Shown here: piece by piece, positions 59,303-64,000 of the stretch
Numbering within the stretch: position 1 is the stretch's first letter
How the letters are laid out: every line of letters begins with the position of its first letter
IMG/VR virus record: IMGVR_UViG_3300037493_001906
Coordinates: 32,001-96,000 of that record
Direction: 5' to 3' (one strand)
DNA: 64,000 nt
DNA from: a virus
Program-made: the position numbers and the translations under genes
Notes under the pieces: generated by a model
The model's input: only the letters and a program-made list of their open reading frames with translations
The model's database searches: none
What the model was told of the DNA's origin: nothing

Positions 59303-59337
59303 CCCCCCTCCCCTCTTTGGAAAACCCCCCTACCCCC
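59303..59337 (-). other. Four G-tracts (G5, G6, G4, G6 on the minus strand) at the late/early divergence point
   Basis: C-runs at 59303-08, 59310-13, 59325-30 and 59333-37 in otherwise AT-rich DNA. Confidence 0.6.
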
Positions 59338-59539
59338 TACCTTTAGCCACACCTGAAGTCAAATTAGCTAGGGCTAGACAAAAAGCATTCTTTCTAGAGA
59401 AACATCATAGTCATGATGACAAGACAGGAAGACAACAAGAAAAAACACTTCAACATCTAAACTTTTTAAAAAACACTTCTTCCATACACTAACTTATTTT
59501 GTATTATAATTTAGTAATACATTTAAAAACCTTATCATT

Positions 59540-59986
59540 ATGGCAACTAAATTCACAGCCAAAACCAAGTCCACAGCACGTGGCACGAAGTCTGTTAAAG
59601 AAACAGCTTCCAAATCTGTTAAGCCAACAGGTAATTATTTTATTGACGTAGAATACGTAAAGACCACCTATTATAAGGGGGGTTCTTTATTGCACTATGC
59701 TGTCACATCAAAACTTTTAGAAGAACAAATTACCCTGATTAAGAAACAAAGAGGGGAACATTATGCTGAAACAGCAAAAAAACAACCAATCATTACTTCA
59801 CCTATGAATGGGGGTTTAATCACACAGTTTGAATTTGATGCCAAGGACAAAAAGTTTTATGTCCGTGAAAATGCAAATGTCAAAATGTTTAACACCATCA
59901 ACAAGAAAGTCATTGAAGGTACTATGGCACCAACCATTGCTTCAATGATAATGCAACCATTGCTTGCTGATGCTATGTTGGGTTAA
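59540..59986 (+). CDS. First early-region protein, 148 aa, basic N-terminus
   Basis: ORF track; followed by a terminator. Confidence 0.7.
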   Translation: MATKFTAKTKSTARGTKSVKETASKSVKPTGNYFIDVEYVKTTYYKGGSLLHYAVTSKLLEEQITLIKKQRGEHYAETAKKQPIITSPMNGGLITQFEFDAKDKKFYVRENANVKMFNTINKKVIEGTMAPTIASMIMQPLLADAMLG

Positions 59987-59992
59987 CCAACC

Positions 59993-60036
59993 AAAGACAA
60001 GTCTAACCTTAACAGGTTAGGCTTGTCTTTTTTTTT
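59993..60036 (+). terminator. Rho-independent terminator
   Basis: 17-bp arms AAAGACAAGTCTAACCT / AGGTTAGGCTTGTCTTT plus a T-run. Confidence 0.85.
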
Positions 60037-60204
60037 GTTTTTTTAAAGGAACACTTCTTTCAAGCCAAGGGTACAGCACATTGTAATCAAAGACTTCTTA
60101 CTGTGTCTTGTTGCTTAATAGATAGACTCTCAAAATCCTCTCTCCTGTATTATCTTTGTGGTCTCATATATTATTATTATATTTACTCCTATATATATAG
60201 TACA

Positions 60205-60504
60205 ATGGATAAGTCTAAGAGAAACAGTTTAGCTGGAAAGAGCACAGGTAAATCTAAATCAGCTAAGTACTTTGCATCACACCCTGAAGCAAGAGCTAAG
60301 AAGAATGATTACAATAAAGTATATCATGCTAGTGATGAGCGTAAGAATTATAGAGAAGAACTTAATAAGGTTAATAGGCGGATTAAAGGCTATGGAGATA
60401 ATAAGGATTTAAGTCATACTAAGTCAGGTAAGTTGGTAGCAGAATCACGCAGCTCTAATAGAGCACGCAATGGTAGAGGCAACAATGCTAGATTAAAAAG
60501 TTAA
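60205..60504 (+). CDS. Basic protein with a degenerate HNH-like motif (likely start MDKSK, 99 aa)
   Basis: KDLSHTKSGKLVAESRSSNRARNG. Confidence 0.55.
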   Translation: MDKSKRNSLAGKSTGKSKSAKYFASHPEARAKKNDYNKVYHASDERKNYREELNKVNRRIKGYGDNKDLSHTKSGKLVAESRSSNRARNGRGNNARLKS

Positions 60505-60660
60505 CTACTTGATTATCAATACACTCTCAAATAATATATGCTCATAAATATAATAGCCTCATTATTAGATAGTTAGTATACTATTTGCATAGGCTGGATA
60601 ACACGTAACTCATTGATAATCAATAGCAGGTTTTTTATATAGGTTATAATGATGATAGTA

Positions 60661-60730
60661 ACACTCTTTTCATCCACACTTTTTTCATACACCCACTTTT
60701 AAAACACTCTTTTCATACACTCACTTTTCT
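60661..60730 (+). repeat. Degenerate tandem repeats of CACT(C/T)TTTCAT(A/C)CAC
   Basis: Three CACT...TTTCAT units interleaved with CAC(C/T)CACTTTT. Confidence 0.45.
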
Positions 60731-60806
60731 TGCACGGGTAGTTATCAGTGTCTATATGCAAAGCGTATATAGTAATTACTAATCAAATGCTAAAAACACA
60801 CAGCAA

Positions 60807-61283
60807 ATGAAAATCAAATCAACAATGGGTAATGGCGTAGGCTATACCAACAAGAATGGCAATGATGTATTTCCTTATGCCATAGTAAGTGCAACTCCTT
60901 CAGAGTTAGCGTTATACAAGAAGATTACACCAAAGGGAGTGTATAAGGAAACTGCAGAAGGACATCCCTTATTCTTTGCGTCAGAGTCTTACGGTGACAC
61001 TGCTACTTTGCAATTCAACTTTGCCAAGACTAATGTCTATTGTGTAGAGAAGGGTCAAAGAAAGGCAGTCATTAGTCAGATGAAGGCTTCAGGCATTGAT
61101 GTAAACAAGTCTGCTCAGGCAGTGTTGTCACAAATGTTTAGTGGCAAGGCATTTATGTCAGAAAGTACTGAGTCTGAGGCTACTGAAGAGTCTGAGACAA
61201 AGGTAGAGCCTAAAGCAATGGTAGTGGTTAAGAGAACTGCAACCAAAAAGGTTTCTGCCAAAGGGATTGGTAAGGTAATGTAA
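60807..61283 (+). CDS. Early hypothetical protein, 158 aa
   Basis: ORF track; followed by a hairpin. Confidence 0.7.
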   Translation: MKIKSTMGNGVGYTNKNGNDVFPYAIVSATPSELALYKKITPKGVYKETAEGHPLFFASESYGDTATLQFNFAKTNVYCVEKGQRKAVISQMKASGIDVNKSAQAVLSQMFSGKAFMSESTESEATEESETKVEPKAMVVVKRTATKKVSAKGIGKVM

Positions 61284-61295
61284 TCCCAAGCAATA

Positions 61296-61328
61296 TAACA
61301 AGGCTAATCTTCATAGGTTAGCCTTGTT
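61296..61328 (+). terminator. Terminator-like hairpin, paralogous to 59993-60036
   Basis: AACAAGGCTAATCT / AGGTTAGCCTTGTT. Confidence 0.7.
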
Positions 61329-61467
61329 TATGTTGTGACAAAAATTATTTTTACTGAAGACTTGAACTAAAAGTTTAAGTAACACGCTCTAACTAACTGA
61401 TAATGAGAGAGTTAGTTAGTGAGAAACAAACTCTCTCAAAAACAAACCAATTCAAAAAACCACTCAA

Positions 61468-61644
61468 ATGGCAGCAATAATAGATTTATTAGAAGAGTAT
61501 ATAGCTAATACTAACACAGTAATAGTTAAAACAGATATTAAAAGAGCTCATATAGATACTGAGCTTAGTCCTTATGATGTTAATGAGGACTTAGAGAAAG
61601 ACTATCCTGAACTATCTAGTAGTTTGTATTCTCTTAGTGTATAG
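61468..61644 (+). CDS. Acidic micro-protein, 58 aa (MAAIIDLLEEYIANTNT...)
   Basis: Translated by hand; ACTCAAATG start context. Confidence 0.55.
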   Translation: MAAIIDLLEEYIANTNTVIVKTDIKRAHIDTELSPYDVNEDLEKDYPELSSSLYSLSV

Positions 61645-61756
61645 AGGGTAGGAAGATAATAGTCACCAAGGCTTTGGTAAGAATAACCAAGGCCCTTATT
61701 TTAACTCTTTTATGTTCCTAACATAGAGTATAAAGAATGTTAAATACAAGGAGTGC

Positions 61757-61978
61757 ATGGTAGCTCAAACTCAAAAACTATTTATTATGCACAAATCATT
61801 TTTAATTCAAAGACTTTCTGATGGATTATTTTATAACCTTAATGGGCAATGGGATAAAAGAATTATAGGATTAACTTCTAGTTTTGTTTCTAAAGAAGAT
61901 GCATTATCCTATTTAGAAAACATTTATGAAATAAATCAAGACTATACAATAGTTGAAATTTATTATTCTTTTAAGTAA
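61757..61978 (+). CDS. Early hypothetical protein (may start at the internal MHKSF)
   Basis: ORF track. Confidence 0.55.
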   Translation: MVAQTQKLFIMHKSFLIQRLSDGLFYNLNGQWDKRIIGLTSSFVSKEDALSYLENIYEINQDYTIVEIYYSFK

Positions 61979-62310
61979 CAACTTTGAGTTCAGGGAAGAT
62001 AACTTCAAACCTGAACTTATTATCTAGAATTCTAGTTATTACTCACAGGTAAAACCTGTACAGATATACAGGCCCTATACTAGATAGGTTATACAATCTA
62101 ATATGTAACTTCAATTGACAACGGCCTCAGTACGTGGAGTTCCTTAAGTCCAGCCAAGGTGTAATCAGGAATGATTGCTAGGGTCAGACTCCACCAGTTA
62201 TTCTCAAACACTGCCACAAACTTAAACTTTATCATTACCTAATAAGAGAATAGGGATAAAGTTATTATATTTATAGAGTCTTGGGTTTCTTGATAGGGTT
62301 CCCAAGGCTC

Positions 62311-62493
62311 TATTCTCTTTGCACACTCATTAGTGAGCAGTTGTAATATGGGTAGTAGCAATGTGTCTACGTAATAGAACCTGTAACTTGCATAATAGCT
62401 CTACACTTCACTTTAGAGATTTAGGTAATCCATTAATTGGAATCCTGAAGTGTGTATCTATCAAGTAGTATTACAATTGAGTGCAGAGGGGTA
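62311..62493 (+). ncRNA. Putative structured RNA motif, copy 1
   Basis: ATTCTC..GTGAGCAGTTGTAATA (62333-48) pairs with TATTACAATTG, followed by AGTGCAGAGGG (62469-90). Confidence 0.55.
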
Positions 62494-62742
62494 GTCCAAA
62501 TTTAACTGATTATTAGACTTTAAATATTAGAATCAGTCCTTGAGAGTGGTGGTTTGTAGAAATACAATAAACTCTTATTTAATGCACCACAACTCACGTG
62601 GATATAAAGACTTCTTATAAAATATCGTACAGTTTGAATCTGTAGATTGGGCCCAACGCAGGGATTTAAGATGTGAAACCACAATGATTAAGAAACAGAA
62701 ACAATACAAGTAATTCTTGTTGGACACACAGAAACATTTAAT

Positions 62743-62857
62743 CATTCTCCCAAGGGTGAGCAGTTGTAATAACTACAGAGCCACTGTATCATGAAAACCT
62801 TTTATTTAGGGATACAACCTACTGACAATAGATTATTACAACTGAGTGCAGAGGGTA
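62743..62857 (+). ncRNA. Putative structured RNA motif, copy 2
   Basis: ATTCTC..GTGAGCAGTTGTAATA (62756-71) pairs with TATTACAACTG, followed by AGTGCAGAGGG (62834-55). Confidence 0.55.
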
Positions 62858-62927
62858 TTTAATTATTAAGCTCATAAAGATTGTATTTAAACTTATAATA
62901 AATTAAACAATTTAAAACCAACTCAAA

Positions 62928-63059
62928 ATGGAAACACTCACTGTATTATTAGTAGCCACACTATGTACCATTGGTATGTTTGCTCTGGCAATAGGACTTG
63001 TAACATTAGCAATCAAGTTAGACACTTTTATTTATAACTACTTAAACAACTCAAAATGA
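62928..63059 (+). CDS. Single-TM micro-protein, 43 aa (METLTVLLVATLCTIGMFALAIGLV...)
   Basis: Translated by hand; ATGA overlap with the next gene. Confidence 0.65.
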   Translation: METLTVLLVATLCTIGMFALAIGLVTLAIKLDTFIYNYLNNSK

Positions 63060-63280
63060 AATCAACTCTTATTATGCTATCCTTTATTGGTAGTTTCCTA
63101 GCAACTTGGTTGATACTAGGATTTATAGTTTATATGGTATCATATATAGACTATGTAGAATGTCTACGTCATACAGGTGTATTACTAGCAATGTTCTTTG
63201 TTGGTTGGGTACCTGCCATATTTGTAGCATATGATGTAGAAGAACTATTGAAGAATAAACAATCTCAATCTAATGGGTAA
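63056..63280 (+). CDS. Two-TM membrane protein, 74 aa
   Basis: Two hydrophobic helices. Confidence 0.7.
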   Translation: MKSTLIMLSFIGSFLATWLILGFIVYMVSYIDYVECLRHTGVLLAMFFVGWVPAIFVAYDVEELLKNKQSQSNG

Positions 63281-63392
63281 GTATAGCAAACAAGATGTAA
63301 AGAACTTTGGTAAATCCAAGGTTCTTTATACACCCAAGAAAGAGTATAATTATTCAGAGATGCCCTCTATTAGAAAGGCACTAAGTAAATAA
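63273..63392 (+). CDS. Basic micro-protein, 39 aa (MGKYSKQDVKNFGKSK...)
   Basis: Translated by hand; overlaps the previous stop. Confidence 0.55.
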   Translation: MGKYSKQDVKNFGKSKVLYTPKKEYNYSEMPSIRKALSK

Positions 63393-63562
63393 ATTAAGGA
63401 CATAATCAGAAATGATTGTGTCCTTTAATAATATTTTATTTTAATCCATCAAATAAATTAAGCACACGCTCTCTAAATTCTCTCATTCTTTAAAGTTTAT
63501 TACTCTTTAAAGTTTACTATCATCATAATCCTTAAATCAATTAATCCTAAAAACACACACAA

Positions 63563-63832
63563 ATGCAAATCTTTATTCTTATTGCTATGTCTGCTTATAT
63601 AAGTATGACAACCACTCTTATTGTCAAAGACATGGAGAAACCTATGACCAAAACAGTTTACCTTAAAGGTACAATTAAATCTGATGAAGAGTTTATGGAT
63701 GTACAAGAGTACCATGAATCAGATGACCTAGTTAAATCTACAAAAGATAGCCTTATTTATGTTAATAAGACCTCTCCTGATGCAGATACCCTTTACTTAT
63801 ACTCAATTTCTAACTTAAAAAACATTAAATAA
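63563..63832 (+). CDS. Protein with an N-terminal hydrophobic anchor, 89 aa
   Basis: MQIFILIAMSAYISMTTTLIV. Confidence 0.6.
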   Translation: MQIFILIAMSAYISMTTTLIVKDMEKPMTKTVYLKGTIKSDEEFMDVQEYHESDDLVKSTKDSLIYVNKTSPDADTLYLYSISNLKNIK

Positions 63833-63833
63833 A

Positions 63834-64000
63834 ATGAAAAAACTACTATTAATTAGTGTTATTGCTATAGCGGCAATGCAAGTAAATGCTCAAGATTCCA
63901 CCAAAGTTGTCATTAACAAAGATTCAGTTTATGTTATACAAAACATAGATGAATTAGCCAATAAGACTATGTATTGGGCGAATAAATTACTTGTCATAAC
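63834..64000 (+). CDS. Secreted protein (partial) with a Sec signal peptide
   Basis: MKKLLLISVIAIAAMQVNA-QDST; runs off the right edge. Confidence 0.65.
   Translation, partial: MKKLLLISVIAIAAMQVNAQDSTKVVINKDSVYVIQNIDELANKTMYWANKLLVI

Noticed and set aside
59274-59492. Open + strand frame (...PEVKLARARQKAFFLEKHH...) across the divergence region
   Set aside because: No ATG/GTG start after the upstream stop, and it runs through the poly-C tracts.
61350-61430. CTGAAGA followed by a hairpin, resembling a hammerhead core
   Set aside because: No GAAA after stem II and no closing stems found.
62311-62857. Twin RNA motif as a twister or twister-sister ribozyme (GCAGAGGG, UUACAA and GCUCA words are present)
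   Set aside because: The required stem order, pseudoknot partners and a shared GUGCAAG loop could not be built in both copies; left as an unknown motif.
60064-63322. Recurrent CCAAGG hexamer in early intergenic DNA
   Set aside because: Short, partly explained by hairpin arms; I cannot show enrichment without computation.
1-64000. Stop-codon reassignment (TAG or TGA), known in some crAss-like phages
   Set aside because: TerL, portal, MCP, muzzle and cargo genes are all intact in the standard code, and I saw no suppressor tRNA.
1-64000. tRNA genes, CRISPR array, reverse transcriptase/DGR, integrase
   Set aside because: No cloverleaf, regularly spaced repeat-spacer array or relevant catalytic motif found by eye.

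Overview
An AT-rich 64-kb piece of a crAss-like (Crassvirales-type) podophage genome. The host is probably an environmental Bacteroidota: late intergenic gaps contain TAnnTTTG boxes, leaders are A-rich without Shine-Dalgarno sequences, and one signal peptide follows the Q-rule. Positions 1-59.2 kb form one minus-strand late/virion module. In transcription order it holds a tail fibre, GH19 endolysin and holin candidates, HU-like and PD-(D/E)XK genes, TerL, portal, scaffold, major capsid, ring, auxiliary-capsid and Cys-rich tail proteins, the muzzle, and very large internal cargo proteins that run off the left edge. From about 59.5 kb the early region is on the plus strand, with small, often membrane or secreted proteins. 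The standard genetic code fits, and I saw no tRNA or CRISPR array. Main observations: (1) a twice-repeated, base-paired non-coding RNA-like motif at 62.3-62.9 kb; (2) a K-x-x-GG / LPKAQxG peptide signal shared by the giant cargo proteins and about a dozen mostly unannotated Lys-rich micro-proteins clustered after the capsid genes; (3) two homing endonucleases that each duplicated a terminus of the neighbouring essential gene; (4) two orphan mini-ORFs that look like displaced or split C-termini; (5) a 23-24 nt leader motif shared by two capsid-module genes. All product calls come from motif recognition and synteny only; no database search was run.
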